Shown here: in pieces, positions 22,537-43,039 of the stretch | How positions within the stretch are numbered: the first letter of the stretch is position 1 | How the letters are laid out: every line of letters starts with the position of its first letter | Origin: the human T2T-CHM13v2.0 reference genome, Homo sapiens | Direction: 5' to 3' (one strand) | Assembly: GCF_009914755.1 (NCBI RefSeq) | Contig: NC_060925.1 | Length of the DNA: 64,000 nt | Position numbers and translations under genes: made by a program | Notes under the pieces: model-generated | The model's input: only the letters and a program-made list of their open reading frames with translations | What the model was told of the DNA's origin: nothing | Databases searched by the model: none

Positions 22537-24474
22537 CTTCCTGTTCAAATTACTGTATGGTTTCTGTCTCCTGGTTGCACCTTAACTGACATATTTTCCT
22601 GGTTGGACTCTGAGTCATATTCTCATTGATTTGTAGTATACTTTAACTGTATATTAAATTCCCATATTTCTACATGGGTCTATGTCTGAGATCTCTATTT
22701 TGTTCTATTGGCCTACTGGCCTAATTTAATCTTTAATGAGATAATAAGTGCAAAATATCTACCCATTACCTAGCACATAGTAGTTACTCATTGAATGGTA
22801 GTGATAATTAACATGATAGAGACTACTTATTTTTGCCCTCACAAAGTACCCATCTAGGACCAATAATCTGGCTTTTGTTTAATTTTGTGGGGTTGGAGAA
22901 GGGAGGCAGATTCAGTAGGGAGAGATGACGTTCTTGGTTCAATCAACTTATGAATGAATGAAAATCCAGAAATTGCTGGATTTTTCTGGCTTTAAGCCAC
23001 TGCTTTAGCCATCACCCATAATTCACATTCATGTAGGCATTTACTTCTACAATGATTCTAATAGATCTATTCTATAATTTTTGAATTTTCTTGGGCATAA
23101 TTAGAAATCATAAACCTATACAATGCAGTCTCATAGAGAAACTCTAGCAAATGCTCCAAGTGTACACAGTACTATTTTTTTTTTACATTTTTGTTCCAAA
23201 AGAGAAGTTTCTGTCATAGATTAACCATAAATTATAAAACAAAATCTAAACAAGTAGTAAAACATCTCCCATTATTTTATTTTATTTTATTTTATTTTAT
23301 TTTATTTTATTTTTTGAGATGAAGTCTGGCTCTGTCGCCCAGGCTGGAGTGCAGTGGCACAATCTCAGCTCACTGCAACCTCCACCTCCCGGTTCAAGTG
23401 ATTCTTCTGCCTCAGCCTCCTGAGTAGCTGGGATTACAGGCACCTGCCACCATTCCCAGCTAATTTTTTTGTAATTTTAGTAGAGATGGGGTTTCACCAT
23501 GATGGCCAGGCTGGTCTTGAACTCCTGACCTCAAGTGATCCGCCTGCCTCAGCCTCCCAAAGTGCTGGGATTACAGGAATGAGCCATCACATCCAGCCTG
23601 TCTCCCATTCTTAGATGGGAAGATTTAATATGTCCAGTCTACTGAAATTAATACATTTAATACAATCCTAGTTATAAACGTGGTAACTTTTGTGAAGTGG
23701 ATAAAATAATCTCTAAATTGATGATGTAGATTGTCACCAGCTATAAACATCACCAATTTCTCCCCTCTGATGTGGAGTTACCCTTCTTGCATACGGGCTG
23801 GACTTAGTGAATGCTAACTTGCTTAATCAATAGAATGCAGAGAGCCTATGCAACACAGTGAGACTCCAACTCTATAAAAAATGTTTGTTTTTTTTAATTA
23901 GCCACACATAGTAGTGCACCCCTGTAGTCCCAGCTGCTTGGGAGGCTGAGGTGGAAGACCACTTGAGCCCAGGAGGTGGAGGCTGCAGTGAGTCATGATC
24001 GTGCTACTGCATTTCAGCCTGGGCAGCAGAGAAAGACCCTGCTTCAAAAAAAAAAAAAATACAGAGGAAGAGTCATTCTGAAACGTCCAAGTTTAGATAA
24101 CAAGAAACATTGTAACTTCCAGCTGGATCTCTTGAAATGTTTGCTCTTGAGACACTCCTCAGAAACCCACACACTAGAATGTGAGAATCCTAAGCCACAT
24201 GGACAGGCTGCCTGTTGGCACTCTGATTGACAGTCCTAACTAAGCTCCCAGCAGAGAACCAGCATCAACTTCGAGTTATGTGAATGAGCCATTCTGGATA
24301 TCCAGCCCAGTGAAGCTTTCAGATGGCTCCAGCCCCAGCCACCTTCAAATGCTAATCACATGAGACCCCAAGTGAGGACTGCTCAGCTGACTTCAGTCAA
24401 CCCACTGAGCATGAGAGATAATAAATCATTGTTTTAAGTCACGAAGTTGGGTATAGATTGTTATTATAATAGTA

Positions 24475-25063
<589 letters not shown>

Positions 25064-25500
25064 CTATTTTTATGTAGTAGCAAAATGTTTTGAAGAATGT
25101 CACCTGTGGTAAAACATAAAATAGAAAGTATACTTAATGTACTGGTGAATTTGGCTAAGGAGATTTCTAGGTGGAATGTTCAAAGTGCCGACTGGTGTCT
25201 TTTAGCAGTCAATGGTAAGGTACAAGAAGAGAAAGATAATCTAACAAGGAAATGATTCTGCTTTCTAGAAGAATTTAGAGGGTATATAAAGTGCTCAGGA
25301 CAATCTTTTTAGCCATCAAAAGTTTTTCAAAGGGGCAGGGCACGGTGGCTCTCGCCTGTAATCCCAGCACTTTGGGGGACTAAGGCGGGGGGATTCACGT
25401 GGTCAGAAGATGGAGACCATCCTGGCTAATACGGTGAAAACCCATCTCTACTAAAAATACAAAAATTAGCCAGGCATGGTGGTATGTGCCTGTAATCTCA

Positions 25501-25993
<493 letters not shown>

Positions 25994-26322
25994 TGGAAGA
26001 ACAGTATTAAGATGAAGTCAAGAGTGCAGCTGTAAGACTTTTTAAGACTTTAGAAAGTTTTAAGTTTTAAGCATCTGTTAGATGTTCTCAAGTAAATGAG
26101 GGGCTACTAAGAATGTTAGAATGCTTCATAGACTCTTTTTCTACTCTTTTAAGAATCTTGGTCAGGTGTGGTGGCTCACGCCTGTAATCCCAGCACTTTG
26201 AGAGGCCGAGACAGGCGGATCACCTGAGGTCAGGAGTTCAGGACCAGCCTGGCCAATATAATGAAACCCTATCTCTACTAAAAATACAAAAATTAGCTGG
26301 GCATGGTGGCAGGAGCTAACTA

Positions 26323-26492
<170 letters not shown>

Positions 26493-28498
26493 CTATAGCA
26501 CACTGAATCTCAGACTATGGCAGAGAAGGACCTATCTTGAAAACATTTGTGACTTTGGCTTTCAAGAACTCAAATAAGATTCATAGGAAACTCATAATAA
26601 TTTAAGAGAATTGCATATGTAGAAGCACCATCAGCTTCAACTAAAAAGAATAGTTTAAAATGAAAAAAAACCCTTGGAACTCAGAACTTCCTATGGGCAA
26701 GAAGCAGGCTTCAAAAGCTACACAGCAGCAAATATAAGACTTTTTTTCTGGAAACGGAATGATGATTCAAAGTGAAGAGCCAAGAGTCCAGAAGGCAGAA
26801 CTCAGAACCACAGAGAATCACTCCCAAGGAGCAGGATTGGGTCCCAGTTAAGGACATGGAAATGTGCATTCTGAAATCTGGGATTTCAGAATTACTATGG
26901 AACACTGACTGTTATGTGCCTCCTGTTCATCCCTTTTGAATGGGAGCATTTATTGCAGTTTTCCTATCCTCATATGACTATTGGATGTTGTGTTTGTGTT
27001 ACAGATGACTTGACTGTATTTCACAGGTCTTCATATCAAGAGGAACCCACACTCAAGGAAGTACGCCTGAAGAGCTTCATCTGCAGCTAGACCTCATTTA
27101 GGTAATGAGACTGTGAACTTCAAGCTGATACCATGTGGGATGAGACTTTGGGGGTCCTGGGAGGAGAGTGAGTATATTTTGCACATGGAATGGACGTGAA
27201 TGGTGTTGGCCAGAGGGCAGGCTGCGGTAGACAGTCTTTAAATATGTATATCATCAGTGTCTGCTGTACTTGTAGTATGTCCTCTTTTTTACTTCTTTTT
27301 TTTTTGTACTTTTCTTCATCATTTCACCAGCGGTTTGTCTATTTTATTACTTTTCTCAAAGAACCAACATTTGGTTATGTCAATCTCTTTTATCACATAT
27401 ATTTGTTTTCTGCTTAGTTTCTCCTGTTGTTTTTTCTCCTCTCATTTTTATTATCTCATTACTTCTACTTTCTTTCCTTTTTTTTTTTTTTTGTTTTATT
27501 TATTTATTTAGAGATGGGGTCTTGCTCTGTTGCCAGGCTAGAGTGCAGTGACGTGATGACGGCTCGCTTCAGACTTGATCTCCTGGGCTCAAGTGATCCT
27601 CTTGCTTCAGTCTCCTAAGTAGCAAAGACTGAGACACCATGCCTGGCTAATTTTTAAATTTTTTTCTAGAGATTGGGGGTCTCGCTATGCTGCCCAGGCT
27701 GGTCTCGAACTCCTGGCCTCAAGCAGTTCTCCTGCCTTGGCCTCCAAAGTGGTGAGATTACAGGTGTGAGCCACTATGCCTGGCCACTTCTGCTTTCTTT
27801 GTTGATTTTTGTCTAACATCTTGACTTTAAAGCTTAGCTCTTTAAATTCCAGCCTATCTTTTTTTCTAATATAAGCACTTAAGGCTATGCATTTCTCCTT
27901 AAGTACATCCTATAAATTTCAATATAGCACTCTTAAAATCATTCAGTTCTAAGTATTTTCTGATACTTTCTTGTATGGTGTCTTCTTTGATCAGTTTAGC
28001 AGTAACTATATTTAAAGTTTTTCCAACATACAGGGTATTTTAAGGTGTTGCTGTTACTGTTCTTACTGTCCTCCAGTTATAATGAGACACCCAATGCGGT
28101 AAGTATACTGATTCTTTGGTGTTTGAGACTCGTTTTGTAACCTGGAGCATGGTCAATATTTATAAAAGCTCCATGGAAATTCTTGACAAAAATATATGTA
28201 CTCTAATATTGGCTAACATTTTCTAAGTATAACCTATTAAGTCAAACCTGTTTTGTTTGTTTGTTTTGTTTTGTTTTAAACTGCTTCCCTGTCTTGGACC
28301 TGTCTGTCAGAATTCTATACTATCTGTGACATCTTTGGCAACAGTAACCCAATTTTTCCTTTCTTTATTAATGTGACATGAGATATTTGAAAATTCTATG
28401 ATACATGTAGTATGTTTCATATTAAACTGAATTTGGGGGAGTTTTACACTTAATAGTTTGTCAATATTTTAGGATATTGGTACTTGATATCCTCTTTA

Positions 28499-28675
<177 letters not shown>

Positions 28676-28819
28676 CTACTAAAAATACAAAAATTAGCTG
28701 GGTGTGGTGGTGCATGCCTATAATCCCAGCTCAGTCACTGTAGTTAAACTCCATTGGTTTGGTCTGTTAGGCTGAGTGCAGGAGCCTAGTCCAAATCAAT
28801 GGCCTCCTGTAAATTTTAA

Positions 28820-29038
<219 letters not shown>

Positions 29039-29059
29039 TGAACTCCTGACCTCAGGTGA

Positions 29060-29224
<165 letters not shown>

Positions 29225-29412
29225 TAAAAGCTGCATAAATTTGAGTCCTCTCACAAGTTCAAGGCAGATAGTTACTCAAGAGATTGAGGCTGAGGACGGG
29301 AGGCGGCTTGAGCCCAGGAGTTCGAGGTTACAATGAGATATAATTGAGCCACTGCACTCCAGCCTGGGTGACAGAGTAAGGCTCTGCCTCTAAAAAAAGA
29401 AAAGAAAAAAGT

Positions 29413-29950
29413 TCAAGTGGAAAATGGCAGTGAAAAGATAAGAAGCAGCAGGAGTAGACAGGGAGAATCTTCAGGCCATGGTGCAGGACTGACACCCGTG
29501 AGAGGAGAGAAGGAAAGAAGGAGGATTGGGTAGGAAGAGGCTCCGAGTGTTAGTGCAGCTCTGAAAAAACTCTTGGCCAGGCTGATTGCCCAGTGAAGGA
29601 GTCCCACATAAGGCAGAAATGGCCCAGCTGTAGTATGCCCTGGAGCTCGGTCATTGGCTGGGATGAATCCAGGGAAAGCGTGCCTTGGCAAGAATGCTGT
29701 GGCAAATCCCAGAGGTACGGCAGTTACCTCTACACCTCACAGCAGATTCTCTTTGTGAAGGTGGATGTAAGACATTGTGCACACAGTCCACCCCTTGGTC
29801 ACATAGCCCATCCCTTGCACTGCCAAGATCCACCTGCCCCACATCATTGGAGAGAAGTTCCTCTACAGCTCTCACAGGCCTCTCTTCCTGAGGAGAAACC
29901 TGAATGAGTGAGGTTAGGGGGATGAACCATAGCCCCTATTGTTGCAGATG
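29413..29950 (-). mobile_element. ERVL LTR16-like fragment with adjacent internal-like sequence
   Basis: GGTGCAGGACTGACACCCGTGAGAGGAGAGAAGGAAAGAAGGAGGATTGGGTAGGAAGAG resembles remembered LTR16 consensus. Confidence 0.5.
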
Positions 29951-30249
29951 GTTGAGTTGTCTTTTTTTAAAAAAAAAAAAAATCAATTTATAAGACTGGG
30001 TGCAGTGGCTCACACCTGTAATCCTACCACTTTGAGAGGCTGAGGAGGGAGGATTGCTTGAGCCCAAGACCACCCGGGGCAACATAGTAAGACCTCATCT
30101 CTACAGATAATTTAAAAAATTAGCTGGGTAGGTGAGCCACTGTGCCTGACCATACATTTTATTTAACATATGAAATGCCCAGAATAGGCAAATCTATAGA
30201 GACAAGTAGATTAGTGATTGCCTATGGTTGGGCAGGGAGAGTTGTGGGG

Positions 30250-30562
30250 TGCTGTGTTCTGAATGTGTCCCCAAGATTCATATGTTGATACTGAATCACC
30301 AATGTAATAGTATTAAGAGGTGGGGCCTTTAGGAGATGACTAATAAGGGCCGAGCCCTCATGGATGGCATTAAGGCCCTTATAAAAGGGCTTGAGTTGGT
30401 GGGTTCCATCTCTTCTGCCATGTGAGAAGGTCCTCACCTGATGCCAAACACCAGTGCTTTGATCTTGGACTTCCAAGCCTCTAGAACTGTGAGAAATGTC
30501 TACTATTTATAAATTATTCAGTCTCATGTATTTTGTTGTAGCAGCACAAACAGACTAAGACA
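30250..30562 (+). mobile_element. MaLR solo LTR (MST-like) inside an L1M 3' end
   Basis: TGCTGTGTTCTGAATGTGTCCCC..ATTCATATGTTG start; GCAGCACAAACAGACTAAGACA end. Confidence 0.8.
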
Positions 30563-30754
30563 GAGGTGGCAGGGGTGAGGGGGGACAGAGTATGACCATT
30601 AATGGGTACCAGGTCCCTTTTTGGGGTGATAAAAATGTTCTAAGATTGATCATGGTAAAAGTTGTACAACTCTGTGAATATACTAAAAACATCGAATTGT
30701 ATGTTTTAAATGGGAGACTTGTATGGTATGTGGATTATATCTCAATAAAGCTGA

Positions 30755-30824
30755 TATATATGTGTGTGTATATATATATGTGTATATATATGTGTATATA
30801 TATGTGTGTATATATATGTGTGTG

Positions 30825-30864
<40 letters not shown>

Positions 30865-30866
30865 TA
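30755..30866. repeat. (TA/TG)n-(CA)n compound microsatellite
   Basis: Direct reading. Confidence 0.95.
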
Positions 30867-31699
30867 TCTATATCTAGGACCAGGACTTACTTGGCTTGGC
30901 TTGAAAATAAAACTGTTTTCACTGTCAGCCTCTCCAGATGGTAAATGATTCTAAAGTTAAGAAATGGCTCTGGGCAGAAGTAAAATCCAAGACACTGTCA
31001 GGAAAATATTATCTAAAAAAGAAGTTAAAGGTTAAGACCTTTATAGAATGCTTTATAGGATGCTTTATAGAATCCATCTGATAGAAAAAAAAGTCTCTCC
31101 AAAGATCTTAAGGACATTTTGGAGCAGTCTCTCAAGGGAAGGAAGTGCTTATCTCAAAGAGATTTATGAGAGTAGCTTTTGTTGGAGTGGATAATAAATT
31201 CATGCATAAGGAACCCACAAAGCTTCTAAGAGAATTGCTCTGGCAGAAGCATCTATCAGCTAGGACTAATGGGGACATAGACAGTACAAAATGGAAAGAT
31301 GCCTTTTATAGGGAGGAATCAGGCTGAGAAGGCTACTCAGATACAAACTCAATTTTCTTATAGAAAAGGAAGGATGATTCAGAGTGTAACCAAGAGCCCA
31401 GATATTGGAGCTGAAACCACAATGAACAACTCTCCGGCAATTGGACTAAGCTCTAATCAACCTACATCAGTTGGATTTCAGAGTTGTCTCTGCTGTATGC
31501 CTCCCATTTTCCCTTGTTTTGAAGGGGAGCAACTCTAGAGCAACTCTAGCCATGGGAGCAACTGTAGAGCAACTCTAGCCTTTCCCACCATTGTATGTAG
31601 GATGTGTATAGGAGGCAAATAAGTTGCCTCGTTAATTCATATATTTGATATGTAGGAAACAAATGGCAGAGATAGATCAATTAGATAAATTGAGAGGCT

Positions 31700-34282
<2,583 letters not shown>

Positions 34283-34505
34283 GCGGTCTTAGGGCACAGC
34301 GAGGGAAGACTTAAGTAGCACTGGACTTTGGCCACAGGCCAGAACTGTCTGTGACTACACCCACCCCCATGCTCCCCTAAGAAAACTTGTAAGAGTCAGG
34401 GGAAATGGAATTACTTTATGATTTCATGTACTGCCTATGGCAACATGATAACATATTCATTATAATTTTACTTATTAGAGTGAACAATTAGAAAAAAAAT
34501 CCCTA

Positions 34506-34814
<309 letters not shown>

Positions 34815-35195
34815 TTAATTTTCAAGTAAATACATTGCATGGGGCCCTGATACGTAAAATGCATTAAAATGAAGCCAGTCTAGTTAAATGGGGGATGGGA
34901 CAGAACTTAATCTCTTGGGCCTCCCCAGCTTTTCCTTTCCCTTTCCTTTCCCCATTTTTCTTTCTTTCTTCCCCCACACCTTGAAGGCTTTCCAATCCCT
35001 ATCTCTGTTCTCTCTTTTAAAGCCAGGGCATCATTTCTATCCCAAGTTTCCATGAGGTACTGCAAATACTTTGTTGTGTTGTTGCTGTTAAACTGGCTCA
35101 AGTTGGTTTTCTGTTACTTGTAATTTTATTTTGTTTTGTTTTGTTTTTGAGACAGGGTCTCACTCTGTCACCCAGGCTGGAGTGCAGTGGCATGA

Positions 35196-35468
<273 letters not shown>

Positions 35469-35788
35469 TAAACAATACTGTTGCAGCTTATGATTCAGTT
35501 ATGTAATAGAAAGAACACTGGCTCTGGACTCAGAAAACTCTGGTTTCAAATCTAGGTCCTGACTTTGAACAAGTTAATCATTTTCAACTTCAGTTTTCTA
35601 ATCTGCAAAGGGGATAATCCTAGCTTTCACCATTAAAAGACAAAACACTAATATGTTAAAAGACCCATTATTGAGCAAGCTCTCAAGAAATGTTAAATAA
35701 GTAAGATTAAAGTCTTATTCAGAACCTCCCCTATCCGTCCAACTTGAAGGAATGAATAACTGAATTCAGTGCAGCCAAAATTAGCAAG

Positions 35789-35810
35789 GCTGCCATCTTG
35801 TGGTGACTCA
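35789..35810 (-). promoter_or_regulatory. Candidate CTCF core motif abutting an AP-1 site
   Basis: GCTGCCATCTTGTGG (reverse complement CCACAAGATGGCAGC) at 35789-35803 followed immediately by TGACTCA at 35804-35810; motif match only. Confidence 0.5.
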
Positions 35811-36102
35811 CTGGCACATTGTCCAATGTTATTGAGCGGAGTTGAAGCAAGATGTTCTAGAAACTAAAGCTACATAAAAGGATAGCAGACATACCAGAGA
35901 GGCATTGGAATAAAGATAATAACTAAGACTGGACTTTTAGGAACTGGCATATGCAGCAGAGAAGTCAGGGAAAGCGACAGAAAGAAGTGGCTGATGAAGG
36001 AGAAGCAAATAAATATATAATTGTGCAGTGTATCACTCCAGCCAGAGTTGACTTCCATACTGGAGTTGATAATTAACATGATCTTACTTCTTTTTTTTTT
36101 GA

Positions 36103-36576
<474 letters not shown>

Positions 36577-36832
36577 TGACTTCTGAGCTTTGTCTGACTT
36601 CTGAGCTTCTTGACTCTGACTTTCCTGTTTCCCTCTTTCCCTTACAAGGATCCATGTGATTACATTGGGCCTACCTGGATGGGCCTACCTGGATAATCTA
36701 GGATAATCTCCTCATCTCAAGATTCTTAATTTAACCACATTGCAAAGTCCCCTTTCCCATTTATGGTAAGATAGTCACAGGTCCCAAAGATTAGGATGTG
36801 CACACCTTTGGAGCACAATAGTTCTGCATACC

Positions 36833-36985
36833 ACAGTGCATTTTTCTCAACTCTACATTCAGTGACATAACCTTGGTAGCTTGCAATTGATTGTAGTGAG
36901 AGTATTTACACCACAAAAGTTGCCAATTGCTACAAATCAGGGCTATCTCCCATGGACAGCCTGATGTTAAACTTAACCTGCACCG
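36833..36985 (+). mobile_element. MER63-like hAT DNA transposon fragment
   Basis: TTCAGTGAC..TTGGTAGCTTG..GAGTATTTACACCAC..GCTACAAATCAGGGCT. Confidence 0.6.
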
Positions 36986-37583
36986 GTTATGATGGTTAGC
37001 TCAGGTAAATGGGTCTATTTTCAAGGTAAAAGAGAAATGTCACTATACAATAGCTTGTAGGATTATGCATATAACCCAAAGAATACTAGGGGTACCTCCT
37101 ACTTCTTCTAAATCCGGTGCTAAAAATTAATGGAAAATTGTGAAAACATTATACAGGATGGACCACCAAGGTCTCCAATCCCACAAGAAAGAGGGTTTGG
37201 TCACCTATAGGAAACTCAGTTATAGCCCCAAACAGAAGCTATATGATTAAGTTCTAGTCAATGAAATGTAAGTGAAATTAATATTTCCCACTTCTAGATC
37301 AGGATGTTTAGGACAGTGGCATGCCTTCTTCATGCCTCTTTCTCTTTCCATCTCTATGACACTAGTGAACTGAGGTGCTGGCTGAAGACAAAGAAGATAT
37401 AGAATGGGTAGTGGATATATGAAGTCAAAGATAACTAAGGCTTTGTGATCAGTTACAGAAAGTTTTTCGCCAAGCCAGTTAAGTATCTACATGTTGTATT
37501 GAATTTTCTTCTCCTTTCATTTCCCTTTCTCCCATGAATATATATAGGGTGTGGCACGTTATAGTGGTTAACTTTAAAGTTCA

Positions 37584-37688
<105 letters not shown>

Positions 37689-39295
37689 TTAGCACTCCAG
37701 CCTGTGTGACAGAGTGAGACTCCATCTCAATAAATAAATAAATAAATAAATAAAGTTCAGTCCATACAGACTATTGAGGCAGGATTATTATGAACTGGAG
37801 AAAGAATGAACATGATTCAGAGATCCTGGACTTGTTGCTGGATGAAGTTACTGATGAGGATTTGAGATAATTTCTTTTTGGGGGGTAGAAGGTGAGTATA
37901 GTGAGTACAATTTAGGTTATAAAAGGGAGGGTTGTTTCAGTTTGGAGTTTTGTTTTGTTTTTTGAAGTGTAAGTAGAGAAAGAAGGGTGTATTTCGATGT
38001 CAGGCAGTCACAAGTGTTTATTATAGTGGACACCTATCATTCTTATTGTACACTCAGAATCTGTAACCCCTTTGTATGTTTGGACAATATCCCAAACATA
38101 AGAGACAGAGAGACAAGACAGTGAGCACGCACCTTACACTATCAAAGCTGGCAGTGCTCACTGTCACTTTCCGCGTGTAGCAGACTCAGCCAATTCCATT
38201 CTCTTTAATTTGGATTCCCTAACACAAGTAAGTTAGGGAAAGGAGAAAAGCTAACTTGGGTTTGTTAATGAGTGGTTACTGCTATGGATAACTGGGCTTA
38301 GGCCCTCTAGGGGCCCTCAAAAACACCGTGAAATGCATCTGTGTTCCTCTCAGGGGCAAACAAGCTGAAGTATTTGCTGTTAGATCTGGCTATGAGACAG
38401 GAAGCAGGGTATGCTTTGTGGGTTCCTTAGAAAATGTCAGCTTTCCCATTTCAAACGCTGCACATTCCCCTTCCTCTTTCCTTGTCCCTTAAACCTGATT
38501 TGATGGCACTAGGGCTGCAACAGCCAACTTGCAACCACAAGGGTAAGGTGAAGTGAATTGCAGAAATATCAGCTCTGACATTACTGAGCCAGTAAAACTG
38601 CCTACCTTCATTTTTCTTGTATGTGAGAAAAACTGACTTTAAAAAGGTGACTACAGTCAAGTTTTCTGTTATCTGTGGGCAAAAGCATTCACATTCGTAA
38701 CTGATTTATTTGGTCTCATTTACAGCCAAGGGCACAGGCCCAATTTTGCTTTTGTGGGTTTTTTTATTTAAAATTTTTTTCCTTGAGATGAGGTCTCACT
38801 ATGTTGCTTAGGCTGGTCTTGAACTCTTGGGCTCAAGTGTTCCTACCACCCCAGCCTCCCAGAATGCTGGGAATACAGGCATGAGCCACCACACCTGGCC
38901 TAACTTTGAGTCCAAAGGTCGCAATACAGGCCAGGTGCAGTGGCTCATGCCTGTAATCCCAGCACTTTGGGAGGCCAAGGCAGGAGGATTGCTTGAGGCC
39001 GGGAGTTCCTGACCAGCCTGGGCAACATAGCAAGATTCCAGCTCTACAAAAAATACAAAAAGTAGCTAGTCATGGTGGCATGTGCCTGTAGTCCCAGGTA
39101 CTCCTCCGGAGGCTGAGGTGGGAGGATCACTTGAATCCAGGAGTTAAAGGCTGCAGTGAGTTATGATTATACCACTGCACTCCAGCCTGGCTAAGAGCAA
39201 GATTCTGTCTTAAAAAAAAAAAAAAAAAAGAAGGCCGGGTACGGTGGCTCACACCTGTAATCCCAGCACTTTGGGAGGCTCAGGCGGGCAGATCA

Positions 39296-39636
<341 letters not shown>

Positions 39637-40701
39637 TTATTTTGCTTTCTGATGGCCTTTGCCAGGGAAACAGACAAGAGATTCTCTATACTTAATAATA
39701 ATTGTTACTACTCATTGAGTGTTTACTGTGAGCCAAGTGTTTTATTAGTTTTCTGTCCTAATTCCTATCAACCATTTAAGACGGCTATTAATATATCCTC
39801 TGAGGTTAAATGAGGATAACTCCAAGATCACACAGTTGGCAGAGTTGGGATTCAGTTTCAGAGTGACCCCAAAGCCAGATCTTAATCATATTTCTATATT
39901 GCGGCTATTTCTTTTGCCAACTCCTAATTTTTGGGCCTGATCCCCTATCTGAGGCTGAAATCTGGGGCCATACCCTTGGAGGGGAAGAAAGATAGGGTCA
40001 CATAGACTGTTGTCTGTCATTAGCCCGTTTGGCAGGGGGATATAGGCTCTGCCCAAACGTAGACAGGCTCTGAGCCAGGTTGCACAGATGCAGGCAGTCC
40101 TCTGAGTCAGGCTGGGAAAGGCTCCAGATGAACCGCCAGACTTCTGTGTCTGAAACCCTGAGAGATAAAGAGGAAACTTGGGTGGCTCCCTCAGAGACAA
40201 AGTGATTCTGCAGGTTCAGAATGTGCTGAAATCCAGGCCATAAGAAAGTGGCAATAATACATGAAGAGGGGGAATGTGTGAGAATCAATCAACTCTCTGC
40301 TGGCAATTCTTGCTTGTAAATTGATTAATTGAATTCTTTCTTCTCCTTCTCTTCCCAGGCTGGATTTTGAGGACTGAGGCTCAAAACCCCCAAACCCAGA
40401 TCCAATCCTTTTTACACCTTCCATTTCCCCACATGCCAAGTCTCAGAGCCAACTTGGCCCCTCTCACCCTTTTCATTTAGTCAATTTTTACTATAAATAC
40501 TTATTATCAATTTTGTGCCAGACAAACAAGGACTTATTGGGAGGAAGCAACTTACAGGAGAGGAAGCTATTAAAAGATAAGTGCACAAATAATGAATGAG
40601 GATTGTAATACCTGCCAGGAAGGAAAAGCAGTATTGAATGAGAATGTGTCTTAATTCATTCCTGCTGCTATAACAAAATACCTAGACTGGGTAATTTATA
40701 A

Positions 40702-41187
<486 letters not shown>

Positions 41188-41720
41188 TAAGGTTTGACCT
41201 CTCTTGCCTAGCATAGTTTGCTCAACCTCCTTTTCTTCAGCCTTATCTCCTACTTTTCTCCTGCAGGAACCTCTCACCTCAGTCCAGCACAGATTCCCAT
41301 CTCCACTACTGTTCATTCATGTTTGCTCTGCAAGGATCTATCTGTCCATCTCTGCCTAGGAAATGACTATTCTGAATTCAAGGCACTCACTGAACATGTG
41401 CTAGATGAGAACTCACCATGGATGAAGCACTGGGTACTGGACAAGGGGCAAGATCAGCGAGGAGGAAAAAGCTGGAAGACAGAAGGCAGCGTATCTTCTG
41501 ATGACCACTCCAAATGGAAATATCATTTCCAAAATAGACTGTAAGCTCCATGAGAGCAGTAACAGGGTCTGACTTGTCCACTGCTGGATCCCTAGTTGTG
41601 CTTGGTACAAAGTAGCATAGCAATTATTGAACTCTTCCAATAATTGCTACTATGTAGCTCAATAGTTTTTTTTCAGTGCATAAATACATGTGACAGATAT
41701 TCTTTTATTTATTTTTTTGA

Positions 41721-41919
<199 letters not shown>

Positions 41920-43039
41920 TGATCTCTTGACCTCGTTATCTGCCCGCCTCGGCCTCCCAAAATGCTGGGATTACAGGTGTGAGCCACCGCGCCCAGCCCT
42001 TCATGTGACGGATATTCTTAAACTATCTTCCCATCTCCTACTGGAGTTACAAATGCATGGATCTAGACTTCTTAAAAGACTGGACATTCCTTAGGGCAGG
42101 GGTTGTAACTTAAGTCGTGTGTGCATTCTTTATAATGAAGCATTTTACAAAGTGGTTTCACATACATTACTGCTTCCGTTTCTCATTACAGCCCCATTAA
42201 TATTCCCCACCTGATGAGGAAACTTTCTTCATTCTCCTTCCTGCTTCCTCTTCTCTCTCCTCTTCCTCTAGAATGCGTGTATGGTCTATGTTCCTTCTGT
42301 CTCTAATCCAGAAAGAGATTTAGAATAACTAAATGCAGAGTCAAAGATTATGTCCAAATAAAGTTAGAGTTTGTGTGTGTGTGAGACAGTGTTTTTAGTT
42401 AAATGTCAATATTTAAAATATACTATGACTTTTATACCATATTTTTTCATGTTGTCATGTTCTTTTAAACATGCTGGGAGCCATAAAGTTAGGAAGAGGC
42501 CCAGTAACCCGTCCAAAGTAACCTGACCAAAGTCTGACCCCTAGTAGAGGGCCTATGCCAGCACTGGAACCCAGTGTCTCCAGATCCAGAGGCATTCACC
42601 ACCTCAAATCTGCCTCAAATGTCTGCAGTATGGTCTATCACAGGGGCTAATTAAGCTCATGGGATTTAGAGTCAGACAGATGTGTTTCCTTCAAAGTTTC
42701 AACAGTTACTTTCTGACCTTGGCAAGTTATTCAGCTTCCTCATTTGAAAACTAGAGGGCATAATGGTACCTACCACCGAGAGTTGCTATTAGGAGTAAAT
42801 GAAAATACGCTTGAAGAACTCAGCATGGGCCTGGCAAGTAGTCAGCGTGCAGTAAATGGTAGCTGTTATTTTAAGAACTTTATTTGTTGAATGATTGACT
42901 CTGGCACATAACGCCTGCATTCAACTTGAAACACGGAGCTGTCACAGTCGTTCAGCTGAAGGGGCGGGAACTGTGGCACTTGCCAATTTTTTCTAGAAAT
43001 AAATCTTTGTGGGAGGATAATGACCGGTTGGAGAGTGTG

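Noticed and set aside
30592-30948. YI/CV-rich ORFs
   Set aside because: Translation of a TA/TG microsatellite
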